Positions 46,111 through 54,933 of a stretch of DNA of 58,236 bases are shown here, one piece after another. Each line of letters begins with the position of its first letter. Position 1 is the first letter of the stretch. The notes beneath the pieces were generated by a model that ran no database searches, was not told the DNA's origin, and saw only the letters and a program-made list of their open reading frames with translations. This DNA comes from Candidatus Micrarchaeota archaeon (GTDB lineage: Archaea; Micrarchaeota; Micrarchaeia; Micrarchaeales; CABMGC01): the NCBI GenBank assembly GCA_021791725.1, contig JAJYVZ010000001.1:1-58236 (forward strand), in the 5' to 3' direction. Made by a program: the position numbers and the translations under genes.

Positions 46111-46347
46111 TTGGCTTCCGAGATAGAACATGAACTGGTACCTTTGCACAAGATTCTTAGTGACAAGGAAGCCAATGACGTCCTTGGCGAACTCGGCATA
46201 AACAGGGATCAGCTTCCAAAGATATTCGATACAGACCCGCAGGCGAAGAAGCTTGGGGCGGTGAACGGGCAGATGATAAGGATAAACAGGGAGGACAATG
46301 GAAAGAAATATGCCTACTACAGGATTGTGGTAAAGGCATATTCCTAA
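46111..46347 (+). CDS. rpoH: RNA polymerase subunit Rpo5 (RpoH)
   Basis: HELVP.H.IL, QLPKI...DP, YYRIVV; GGTG SD 5 nt before TTG. Confidence 0.96.
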   Translation: MASEIEHELVPLHKILSDKEANDVLGELGINRDQLPKIFDTDPQAKKLGAVNGQMIRINREDNGKKYAYYRIVVKAYS

Positions 46348-46365
46348 AACGTATCTGGTGTTAAG

Positions 46366-47841
46366 ATGGGCAACGAAGTGCTTGAATCGTATCTAAGTTC
46401 TACTCCGCTCATGCAGCAGCATCTCGACAGCTACAACAGGTTCATTGACATAGGGATACAGCGCATAATAGACGAGCAGAAGGTCATAGAGCCGAACGTG
46501 GAGGGCTTTGCGCTCAAGCTCGGAAAATTAAGGCTTGACAGGCCGTCTATAATAGAGGCCGACAGCTCAAGGCGCAACATACTGCCGAACGAGGCCAGGC
46601 TTAGGAACCTTACGTACGCTGCGCCAATGTTCCTTGAGCTAATACCGGTAATAAGGGGCATAGAGAAGCCATCTTCCTATGGCGAGGTCTTCATAGGAGA
46701 ACTGCCGGTCATGTTAAAGAGTAGTTTGTGCAACATAAACCTTTACAACAGGGGCCAGCTCACAGAGAACGGCGAGGACCCCGATGACCCCGGAGGCTAC
46801 TTCATAATAAAGGGTACGGAACGCGCTCTGGTGGGTCTTGAGGACATAGCGCCCAACAGGATAATAACTACGCTTGAGAAGGATGGCGCAGAGGTTGTCA
46901 GCAAGGTGTTCTCCACCTCTACGAACTTCAGGGCGAGATGCACTACAACCAGGAACATGCACGGCATGTTCAATGTCAACTTCCCCACGGCGCCGAAGAA
47001 CATAGACCTTGTGCTCGCGCTCAAGGCCCTTGGCATGCAGGCAAAGGAGATAATAGAGATATCCAGCGACATAGAGGTCGTGAAGAACGACATGCTTCTT
47101 AACGTAGAGTCCAGCAAGGGCGCCGAGATGCCTGCTGCCGAGGCTGTGCTTGAGATCGGAAGGCTCTCTGCGCCGAACCAAGCGGCTGAATATCAGCAGA
47201 AAAGGGCAGAGACGCAGCTCGATACCTATCTTCTTCCGCACATAGGCTCCGATCCCGAGCTCAGGAAGCAGAAGGCAAGATACCTTCTTGACATGGCGCG
47301 TCGTGCGGCTCTCGTAGGAAGCCGGTACATAAAACAGGACGACAAGGACCACTACGCAAACAAGAGAGTCAAGTTCTCGGGCAAGCTTATGGAGGATCTG
47401 TTCGCATATGCGTTCAAGTTCTTCGTGAAGGACGTGAAGTACCAGATAGAGAGGACGAATGCCAGGGGAAGGAGAATGAGCATACAGACAATAATAAGCC
47501 CTGACACCATAACGGAGAAGATATCATATGCGATGGGAACCGGAACGTGGGTGGCAGGGCAGACAGGAATTTCGCAGGTGCTTGACAGGACAAACATAGT
47601 GAGCATGAATGCGCACCTTCGAAGGATAAAGTCGCCGCTTGCAAAGAAACACCCGCATTTCAAGGCAAGGGACGTGCACGGCACGCAGTGGGGCAAGATC
47701 TGCCCTTCGGAATCCCCTGAAGGGCAGGAGGTTGGCCTGACCAAGTACCTTGCAATAATGTCCAAGGTCACCATAGGCACTGACGACAAGTTCATAGAGG
47801 GCAAGATAAAGGAGATAGGAAAACTGAAGAGTTCTGCATGA
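46366..47841 (+). CDS. rpoB2: RNA polymerase subunit Rpo2N (B'')
   Basis: HLDSYN.F, P.EARLRNLTYAAP, DPGGYFII.G.ER, DDKDHYANKR, CP.ESPEG. Confidence 0.97.
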   Translation: MGNEVLESYLSSTPLMQQHLDSYNRFIDIGIQRIIDEQKVIEPNVEGFALKLGKLRLDRPSIIEADSSRRNILPNEARLRNLTYAAPMFLELIPVIRGIEKPSSYGEVFIGELPVMLKSSLCNINLYNRGQLTENGEDPDDPGGYFIIKGTERALVGLEDIAPNRIITTLEKDGAEVVSKVFSTSTNFRARCTTTRNMHGMFNVNFPTAPKNIDLVLALKALGMQAKEIIEISSDIEVVKNDMLLNVESSKGAEMPAAEAVLEIGRLSAPNQAAEYQQKRAETQLDTYLLPHIGSDPELRKQKARYLLDMARRAALVGSRYIKQDDKDHYANKRVKFSGKLMEDLFAYAFKFFVKDVKYQIERTNARGRRMSIQTIISPDTITEKISYAMGTGTWVAGQTGISQVLDRTNIVSMNAHLRRIKSPLAKKHPHFKARDVHGTQWGKICPSESPEGQEVGLTKYLAIMSKVTIGTDDKFIEGKIKEIGKLKSSA

Positions 47842-47860
47842 CGCATGGTTTGGTGTTAAT

Positions 47861-49690
47861 CTGGCAAAGAAGATAAACGAGAGATGCTACGTATACCTCA
47901 ACGACAGGATAATAGGATACGTCGAGAACGGCGAGGAGTATGCAAAGGAGATAAGGGACGCAAGAAGGAAGGGCATGCTCTCCGGGGAGATAAACGTAGC
48001 TTACATAGAGCGGCTCAACGCCGTCCGCATAAACACGGATTTCGGAAGGATCAGAAAGCCATATGTCGTAGTCGAGAATGGGGTCTCGAAGCTGACGAAC
48101 GAGATAAGGGAGAAGATAAGGAACAAGGAAGTGGATTTCAATTACCTGACAAGGAACGGCATAGTAGAGTACCTTGACGCAGAAGAGGAGGAGAATGCGC
48201 TTGTTGCCTTCTTCGACAGCGATATAACAAAGGAGAACACGCACGTTGAGGCCGACCTTGCCGGCATATTCGGGTTTACGCTGAGCGTGTCGCCCTTCCC
48301 AGAGCACAACAGCCTGGCAAGGCATGCAATGCTCTCCAACTTCATAAAGCAGAGCGAGGGTCTATATGCTACGAACTTCGGCCTCAGGTTCGATTCGCGG
48401 GCATACCTGCTTTTCTATCCGCAGAACCCCATCGTATCGACAACAGCGTACAGGAACACAAAGATAGAGACGCATCCCTCAGGGCAGAACCTGATAGTCG
48501 CGCTCTCTACATATTACGGATACAACATGAAAGACGCCATAGTGCTTAACAAAGCTGCCGTAGACAGGGGCATGGGGCGCAGCATGTTCTACAAGACATA
48601 CTCCGACGAGGAAAGAAGGTATCCCGGCGGGCAGAAGGACAGCTTCAGGATACCGCCGGCGACGTCCGAAGGGTACCTGGGCGAACACGCATACGCCAAT
48701 CTCAGCGACGACGGGATAATAGAGCCCGAGACCAAGATAGACGAGGGGAATATAGTCATAGGGAAGGTCTCGCCGCCAAGATTCCTCGAGGAGAACGTAG
48801 GTGCGTCCGGGCTTGAGGAAAGGCTTCGCGATTCGTCGACATCACTCAAGGGCGGGGAGAGCGGCATAGTAGACAGCGTCATATTCACAGAATCAACAGG
48901 CGCGACCAAGGTCGTCAAGGTAAGGATAAGGAGCCTGAGGATACCAGAGAACGGCGACAAGTTCGCCAGCAGGCACGGGCAGAAAGGGGTAGTTGCGCTT
49001 ATAGTGAATCAGGAGGACATGCCTTTCAGCGACGACGGGATAATACCCGACATTCTTGTCAACCCGCACAGCATACCTACAAGGCTTACGTTCGGCCATC
49101 TGCTTGAAGAGATGGCAGGCAAGGTCGGAGCGGTCTCTGGAAAGCTCATGGACGGCACGGCATTCTCAGAGAAGGGGATAAACAGGATAGAAGAATACGG
49201 GAAGGAGCTCGAGGCGCGTGGCTTCGACAGGTACGGCAACGAGAACTTCTATGACGGCATAACCGGCAAGAGGTTCAAGGCGGAGATATTCAACGGCATA
49301 GTCTACTACAACAGGCTTTACCACATGGTAAGCAACAAGATGCAGGTAAGGAGCAGAGGCCCTGTGCAGATTCTCACGCACCAGCCTACGGAAGGCAAGG
49401 CGAGGCAGGGAGGCCTAAGATTCGGGGAGATGGAGAGAGACGTAATAGTCGGATACGGGGCAAGCCTTCTCTTAAAGGAAAGGCTCCTTGACCAGAGCGA
49501 CAAGGCATCGGTGCTCGTATGCAAGGAGTGCGGCAACATAGGATATTACGATTACATAAAGAGGACCGGCGCGTGCCAGATATGCAGGAGCACAAACCTT
49601 GCCGAGATAGAGATGAGCTACGCGTTCAAGCTCCTGCTTGACGAGATAAAGTCCTTGCACATAATGCCTAGGATACGCATGAGGGATTGA
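47861..49690 (+). CDS. rpoB1: RNA polymerase subunit Rpo2C (B'), probable CTG start
   Basis: GYNMKDA, GDKFASRHGQKG, QPTEG.AR.GGLRFGEMERD; the frame extends 38 codons upstream of ATG 47975 through conserved VYLN..IIG.V. Confidence 0.95.
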   Translation: MAKKINERCYVYLNDRIIGYVENGEEYAKEIRDARRKGMLSGEINVAYIERLNAVRINTDFGRIRKPYVVVENGVSKLTNEIREKIRNKEVDFNYLTRNGIVEYLDAEEEENALVAFFDSDITKENTHVEADLAGIFGFTLSVSPFPEHNSLARHAMLSNFIKQSEGLYATNFGLRFDSRAYLLFYPQNPIVSTTAYRNTKIETHPSGQNLIVALSTYYGYNMKDAIVLNKAAVDRGMGRSMFYKTYSDEERRYPGGQKDSFRIPPATSEGYLGEHAYANLSDDGIIEPETKIDEGNIVIGKVSPPRFLEENVGASGLEERLRDSSTSLKGGESGIVDSVIFTESTGATKVVKVRIRSLRIPENGDKFASRHGQKGVVALIVNQEDMPFSDDGIIPDILVNPHSIPTRLTFGHLLEEMAGKVGAVSGKLMDGTAFSEKGINRIEEYGKELEARGFDRYGNENFYDGITGKRFKAEIFNGIVYYNRLYHMVSNKMQVRSRGPVQILTHQPTEGKARQGGLRFGEMERDVIVGYGASLLLKERLLDQSDKASVLVCKECGNIGYYDYIKRTGACQICRSTNLAEIEMSYAFKLLLDEIKSLHIMPRIRMRD

Positions 49691-49691
49691 G

Positions 49692-52337
49692 ATGCAGACC
49701 GAAGCGATAAACAACATAAAGTTCGGGATACTTCCTTCAGAGACGATAAGGAAGGCCAGCGTAGTGAAGCTGAGCGTTCCCGACACATACAACGAGGACG
49801 GCTATCCGATAGACAACGGCCTTCTTGACCAGAGGATGGGCGTCATAGACCCAGGCCTCGTGTGCAAGACATGCGGAGCCAGGGCAAAGGTATGCCCCGG
49901 GCACTTTGGCCACATAGACCTGGTAAGGCCAGTGATACATTCGGAATTCTCCAAGATAATATACGCAGTGCTTGATTCGATATGTCAAAAATGCGGCAGA
50001 ATACTCATGACCGGAGAGCAGCTTGAGCAGAAGGCCGACGAGCTAAAGGAGATAATCGTTGAGGAGAAGCCGGCCCTGGAATCGCAGCACGAAGCGCCGC
50101 AGGAGAGAGAAGCGAAGGAAGATGAGAGCGGGAGCACGGATGAGAATGTGCAGAAACAAGGCAGGAGGTCGAAGACTGATCACGGGAGCGACAAGAGGAA
50201 GCGGGCGTCGATGTTCAAGAAGCTGAAGAGCATAAGGACATGCCCGCACTGCGGAGCCCCGCAGGAAAAGGTAAAGTTCGAGGCGCCTACATACTTTTAC
50301 ATAGGAGATAGGAGGATGCGGCCAGACGAGATACGCGACATGTTCGTAAAGGTGAGCGATGACGATCTTAGGTCGCTGGGCATAGACCCTGAGATAAGCA
50401 GGCCGGAGAACCTGATAATAACCGCGCTGCTCGTTCCTCCGGTCAACGTCAGGCCGTCAGTGACGCTTGAGACCGGAGAGAGGAGCGAGGACGACCTAAC
50501 GCACAAGCTTGTCGACATAATGAGGATAAACCAGAGACTCGAGCAGAACATAAACGCCGGTGCCCCGCCGATAATAATAGACGACCTGTGGGAGCTCCTG
50601 CAGTACAACATAACCACATACTTCAACAACGAGACATCAGGCATACCCCCAGCGCGTCACAGGAGCGGGCGCGCCTTGAAGACAATAGCCCAGAGGCTGA
50701 AGGGCAAGGAGGGGCGTTTCAGGTACAACCTTAGCGGGAAGAGAGTGAACTTCTCCGCAAGAACGGTCATATCGGTAGACCCGAACATAGGGCTTGACGA
50801 GGTTGGGGTGCCCAGGATAATAGCAGGCAAGCTTACTGTGCCGTTCTACGTTACCGAATGGAACTTCGAGAGGGCAAAGCAGATGATGGAAAGGACAGAG
50901 TACCCGATGGTCCTAAGCATAATATCAAAGGACGGCAAGAGGAAGAGGGTTACAGAGACAAACAGGGAGGAGCTGATAAAAGGAATGGTTCCGCACGACA
51001 TACTCGAGAGACAGCTGGTCGACGGCGACATAGCCGTATTCAATAGGCAGCCTTCGCTGCACAGGATGTCAATGATGGCGCACAAGGTCAAGGTGCTGCC
51101 AGGCAAGACGTTCAGGATGAACTTCTGCGTAACGCATCCGTACAATGCCGACTTCGACGGGGACGAGATGAACCTGCACATACCGCAGACGCTGGAGGCG
51201 CAGGCCGAGGCGGTATACCTGATGTCAGTGAAGGACCAGATATTCTCCCCCAGGGACGGCGCTGCCATAATATCCGGAGATGAGGACGACATAACCGGAC
51301 TTTACCTTCTTACGCTCGACGATACGGAACTGACAAAGGAAGACGCATGCTACCTGCTTGGGCTGATAGGCATAACGGAGCTGCCAGACCCGAGAAGGAA
51401 CGGCATGTACAGCGGCAAGGACATCTTCTCCATGTTGCTGCCCGAGGGCCTTGACGTGGAGCAGAAGGGAAAGAGCGGAACGTTCGAGGTGAAGAAAGGG
51501 AAGCTCACAGGAGGAAGGATAACAAAGGAGATATATACGCACAACTCGAGGCTACTGTCTGCGATAGCGTATGAGTACGGCGCCGAGGCGCTGAAGAGGT
51601 TCATAGAGATATCCGCAAGGCTCGCTGACGCTTACGTTACCCTTTACGGCACAACGGTGGGAATAAAGGAGTACCAGATAGACAGGAAGGTGCAGGAGGA
51701 GAGGGAAGCGTCGATAACCGAGATATTCGAGAGGACGAGCAAGCTGATAGAGCAGTACAAGGCGGGAAAGCTCGAGTCGCTCATAGGCTACACGGCCAAA
51801 CAGTCGCTTGAGATGCAGATCATGGCCGAGCTGGCAAAGGCCATAGACATAGAAGGCGAGATAATAACGAAGCATGCGAACGCAGACAACAATGCGGTGA
51901 GAATGGTGCGCGCGGGATCGAGGGGAAGCATATTCAACCTGGTGCAGATGTCAATGCTCCTGGGCCAGCAGTCAACCCTAAGCGGAGGAAGGATAAAGAG
52001 AGGATACTACACCAACAGGGTGCTGCCGCACATAAAGCCTGGATCGATAGACCCGAGATCAAGGGGGTTCGTAACCACCAACTTCTACATTGGGCTGTCG
52101 CCGATAGACATATACATGCACGCGATAGGGTCAAGGACATCGGTCGTATACAAGGCGCTCCTCACCGCGAGAAGCGGCTACCTTCAGAGAAGGCTGATGA
52201 ATGCGCTGCAGGACTATTACGTGGAGCAGGACCTGAGCGTGCGGGATGTGTACGGAAACATGATAGAGACGGTTTATGCCGGCGACGGAATAGACCCAGT
52301 GAAACTGTCGTTTACGAAGATAAAGGAGAAGAAGTGA
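49692..52337 (+). CDS. rpoA1: RNA polymerase subunit Rpo1N (A')
   Basis: CPGHFGHI, GKRVNFSAR, FNRQPSLH, catalytic YNADFDGDEMN, SGYLQRRL. Confidence 0.98.
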   Translation: MQTEAINNIKFGILPSETIRKASVVKLSVPDTYNEDGYPIDNGLLDQRMGVIDPGLVCKTCGARAKVCPGHFGHIDLVRPVIHSEFSKIIYAVLDSICQKCGRILMTGEQLEQKADELKEIIVEEKPALESQHEAPQEREAKEDESGSTDENVQKQGRRSKTDHGSDKRKRASMFKKLKSIRTCPHCGAPQEKVKFEAPTYFYIGDRRMRPDEIRDMFVKVSDDDLRSLGIDPEISRPENLIITALLVPPVNVRPSVTLETGERSEDDLTHKLVDIMRINQRLEQNINAGAPPIIIDDLWELLQYNITTYFNNETSGIPPARHRSGRALKTIAQRLKGKEGRFRYNLSGKRVNFSARTVISVDPNIGLDEVGVPRIIAGKLTVPFYVTEWNFERAKQMMERTEYPMVLSIISKDGKRKRVTETNREELIKGMVPHDILERQLVDGDIAVFNRQPSLHRMSMMAHKVKVLPGKTFRMNFCVTHPYNADFDGDEMNLHIPQTLEAQAEAVYLMSVKDQIFSPRDGAAIISGDEDDITGLYLLTLDDTELTKEDACYLLGLIGITELPDPRRNGMYSGKDIFSMLLPEGLDVEQKGKSGTFEVKKGKLTGGRITKEIYTHNSRLLSAIAYEYGAEALKRFIEISARLADAYVTLYGTTVGIKEYQIDRKVQEEREASITEIFERTSKLIEQYKAGKLESLIGYTAKQSLEMQIMAELAKAIDIEGEIITKHANADNNAVRMVRAGSRGSIFNLVQMSMLLGQQSTLSGGRIKRGYYTNRVLPHIKPGSIDPRSRGFVTTNFYIGLSPIDIYMHAIGSRTSVVYKALLTARSGYLQRRLMNALQDYYVEQDLSVRDVYGNMIETVYAGDGIDPVKLSFTKIKEKK

Positions 52338-52340
52338 TGT

Positions 52341-53000
52341 TTGGTCGATCTTATGCCTATAGAGAAGAACATGAATCCGGAAGAGGGCGGAAGGGGAAGG
52401 AGCGAGCTGGAGCTTAAGGCCGAGAGGTTTTACGGCGAACTCACGCTGCCAAGATACCTTGAGCTCTCTTTGGTCAACGCCGCGCGGCAAGGCGACGCCT
52501 ATGGGTGCAAATTCTTAATCAGGAACGGGGTGGACGTGAATGCGAGGGGCATTGCTAACGATACGGCATTGATGCACGCATGCTCCCAGGGAGACGTGGA
52601 ATTCTCGAAATTCCTTATAGAGAATGGGGCAGACGTAAACGCACAGGAAAATTCAGGATTCAGTCCCCTGATGCTTGCGGTAACGGCCGGCGCGACCGAG
52701 ATAGTAAAAATGCTGCTTGAGAAAGGCGCGGATCCCAACGCAAGAAATAGCGAGGGAAACACGGCACTGATATATGCAAAGGCCGGCGCGCTGCTGGGAA
52801 TGGACGGCTATGAGTACATGATGCAGCTTCTTGAAGGCAGAGGAGCGACATTAAGCAAAGAGGACGAGGAGAAGGTCGATAAGAATATAAGAGAAGCAAA
52901 GAAAGAGCAAAACGAAATCGAGGCTCTTAGAAGGGACATGCAGGATGCGCAGGAATGGGGAGAAGAAGAACACGGAAACGGCAATTCAGGCCTAAATTAA
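52341..53000 (+). CDS. Ankyrin repeat protein inside the RNAP operon
   Basis: GVDVNARG..DTALMHA, GADVNAQ..GFSPLMLA, GADPNARN..GNTAL.YA. Confidence 0.92.
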   Translation: MVDLMPIEKNMNPEEGGRGRSELELKAERFYGELTLPRYLELSLVNAARQGDAYGCKFLIRNGVDVNARGIANDTALMHACSQGDVEFSKFLIENGADVNAQENSGFSPLMLAVTAGATEIVKMLLEKGADPNARNSEGNTALIYAKAGALLGMDGYEYMMQLLEGRGATLSKEDEEKVDKNIREAKKEQNEIEALRRDMQDAQEWGEEEHGNGNSGLN

Positions 53001-54070
53001 TGCAAGTGCATACGATGAAGAAAGAAAACGATAAAAATAATCTGAGCGTTACGCCTGGAGAGCCGGTAGGGGTTATTGCGGCGCAGTCCATAGGGGAGCC
53101 AGGCACGCAGATGATCCTTAGGTCCTTCCACAGGGCAGGAATGGCGTCGGTGACGGCGACCGCAGGGCTGCCGAGGCTTGCCGAGATAATAGACGCGAAG
53201 AAGAAGCCTGGCACGCCGTTCACATTCATATACCTTGACGGCAGGACGAGCAAGAACGCCGAGAGGGCCTTCGAGATCGCAAAGAAGATAAACGAGGTGA
53301 AGGTAAGGGACCTCGCGAAGAGGATAACGGAGAAGTTCTCGATAGGGGCGATAAAGATAGTGCTGAACGAGCAGGCCCTGAATTCCAACGAGCTCACGGC
53401 GCGGGAGGTTGCTGCGAAGATAGTAAAGTTGACTGAGTACGTAGCGAAGACGAAGAACAACGTGATACTGATCGGAACGCACACGAAAGACCTCAAGAAG
53501 ATACGCTCCTCGGCAGTCAGGATATCGGATCTTACCATAAGCGGCGTGGAAGGCGCAGGGCGTGCAGTAATACAGCAGGACAAGAACACCGGAGAGTTTT
53601 ACCTGATATCCGCGGACAGCAACTTGGAGAGCATAATGCAGATAGAAGGGGTTGACGGATCACGGATATACACCAACGACATCTTCAAGGTATACGGCGT
53701 GTTTGGGATAGAGGCCGCGAGGAACGCGATATACAGGGAACTGAAGAAGACGCTTGACGACCAGGGCATAACTGTTGACGGGCGGCACCTGATGCTTGTA
53801 GCCGACGCCATGACCTTCTCGGGCCAGATAAAGAACGTCGGCAGGCACGGGCTGAGCGGGGAGAAGGGATCTGTGCTAGCAAGGGCCGCATACGAAGAGA
53901 CCGTGAAGCACCTTGTCAACGCAGCCGCATTCGGAGAGGAGGACAGCATGAGGGGCATTACCGAGAGCGTGCTCCTGGGCAAGCAGATAATGGTCGGCAC
54001 CGGAACCGTAGAGCTCTCGGTAAGGAAGGAGGACATGGCCAAGATGAAGGCGAAGGAGCAGAAAAAGTGA
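53000..54070 (+). CDS. rpoA2: RNA polymerase subunit Rpo1C (A''), short N-terminus
   Basis: PGEPVGVIAAQSIGEPGTQM, GLPRL.EI, GIEAAR, RH.MLVAD.MT, ARAAYE, GTG; start 53000 or 53015. Confidence 0.96.
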   Translation: MQVHTMKKENDKNNLSVTPGEPVGVIAAQSIGEPGTQMILRSFHRAGMASVTATAGLPRLAEIIDAKKKPGTPFTFIYLDGRTSKNAERAFEIAKKINEVKVRDLAKRITEKFSIGAIKIVLNEQALNSNELTAREVAAKIVKLTEYVAKTKNNVILIGTHTKDLKKIRSSAVRISDLTISGVEGAGRAVIQQDKNTGEFYLISADSNLESIMQIEGVDGSRIYTNDIFKVYGVFGIEAARNAIYRELKKTLDDQGITVDGRHLMLVADAMTFSGQIKNVGRHGLSGEKGSVLARAAYEETVKHLVNAAAFGEEDSMRGITESVLLGKQIMVGTGTVELSVRKEDMAKMKAKEQKK

Positions 54071-54153
54071 AGTAATAAAAGCATTGGCGTCTATAGACTA
54101 ACTTGTCCTGATGCATACGCGCATCTGGTTGATTTATTTTGTTTGGTGTGAAG

Positions 54154-54378
54154 ATGACGCAAGAGAGGCCTTTCGACCTGTTGAACAAGGCAATAGGAAA
54201 CCAGGTTCTGATACGGCTTAAGAACGGGATGGACATACGGGGAGTGATGAACTCCTTCGACGTTCACATGAACATAGTGATGGAGAACGCCGAGGAACTC
54301 GACGAAGGCAATATCAAGGCGAAGCTCGGCACCATACTGTTAAGAGGAGGAAACATACTATTCATATCCCCAGCATGA
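54154..54378 (+). CDS. Sm-like archaeal protein (SmAP/Lsm)
   Basis: RPFDLL, LKNG..RG...SFD.HMN.V, RGGNI; GGTG SD 5 nt before ATG. Confidence 0.95.
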   Translation: MTQERPFDLLNKAIGNQVLIRLKNGMDIRGVMNSFDVHMNIVMENAEELDEGNIKAKLGTILLRGGNILFISPA

Positions 54379-54388
54379 CGCGTATCCT

Positions 54389-54494
54389 GGGCTCCTGGCG
54401 CAACGGTAGCGCGCTTGCATGGCATGCAAGAGGTTGCGGGTTCGAAGTGCACTTCTCCTGAAAAGCGGAAGTCGCGAAAATCCCGCGGAGTCCA
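54389..54494 (+). tRNA. tRNA-Ala(GGC) with a 34-nt intron at non-canonical position 59/60 (54447-54480)
   Basis: Acceptor GGGCTCC/GGAGTCC with G3:U70, anticodon GGC (54421-54423), BHB with TTCG/CGAA core; splicing restores the TTCGAAT T-loop. Confidence 0.94.
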
Positions 54495-54773
54495 CATATT
54501 CAATGGCTGTCAGCTCAGAAAAAGCGCCTATTGCGGGGAATACCTGTCGCGGAGACGTTCCAGGCACAGAACACATGCGAACATGCTGCTTGCGGATATC
54601 CGAGTTCGAAGCGATGATCATGAATTATTCCTGCAGCGTCGCAGAAGACGCGCGGGCAGCGCAGGGCGCGCGGGAAGCGCATAAATTGAAGCCAGGCCCA
54701 AACGACTCAGGAAGCAAGCGCGCGATAAAATAATACCAATATTCTTGCTACCAGAAATTTTCTGCGTTTTCCT

Positions 54774-54933
54774 TTATATAATGCGCATCTTTTTGTATGG
54801 TATATTCTCAAAATCCGCATCTTCGGTAACCAGCGTTTCGTTGTTTGACATTGCGATACTCGCTATTAGAATGTCGGCATCTCCGATTGGCTTTCCACTC
54901 TGCTTTAACAGTTGCTTAGTTGTTCTATAGAAG
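54774..54933 (-). pseudogene. C-terminal fragment of a VapC-type PIN toxin
   Basis: LKQSGKPIGDADILIASIA....TLVT.D.DF..IP; the N-half is missing and the fragment abuts the aminotransferase stop. Confidence 0.8.

Noticed and set aside
52955..53002. Programmed -1 frameshift fusing the ankyrin protein to Rpo1C
   Set aside because: The frames overlap, but there is no slippery heptamer or stimulatory structure; TAATG coupling is simpler
54419..54733. ORFs of 89-104 aa after the Sm gene
   Set aside because: They overlap the tRNA-Ala gene; the remaining part has no recognisable features
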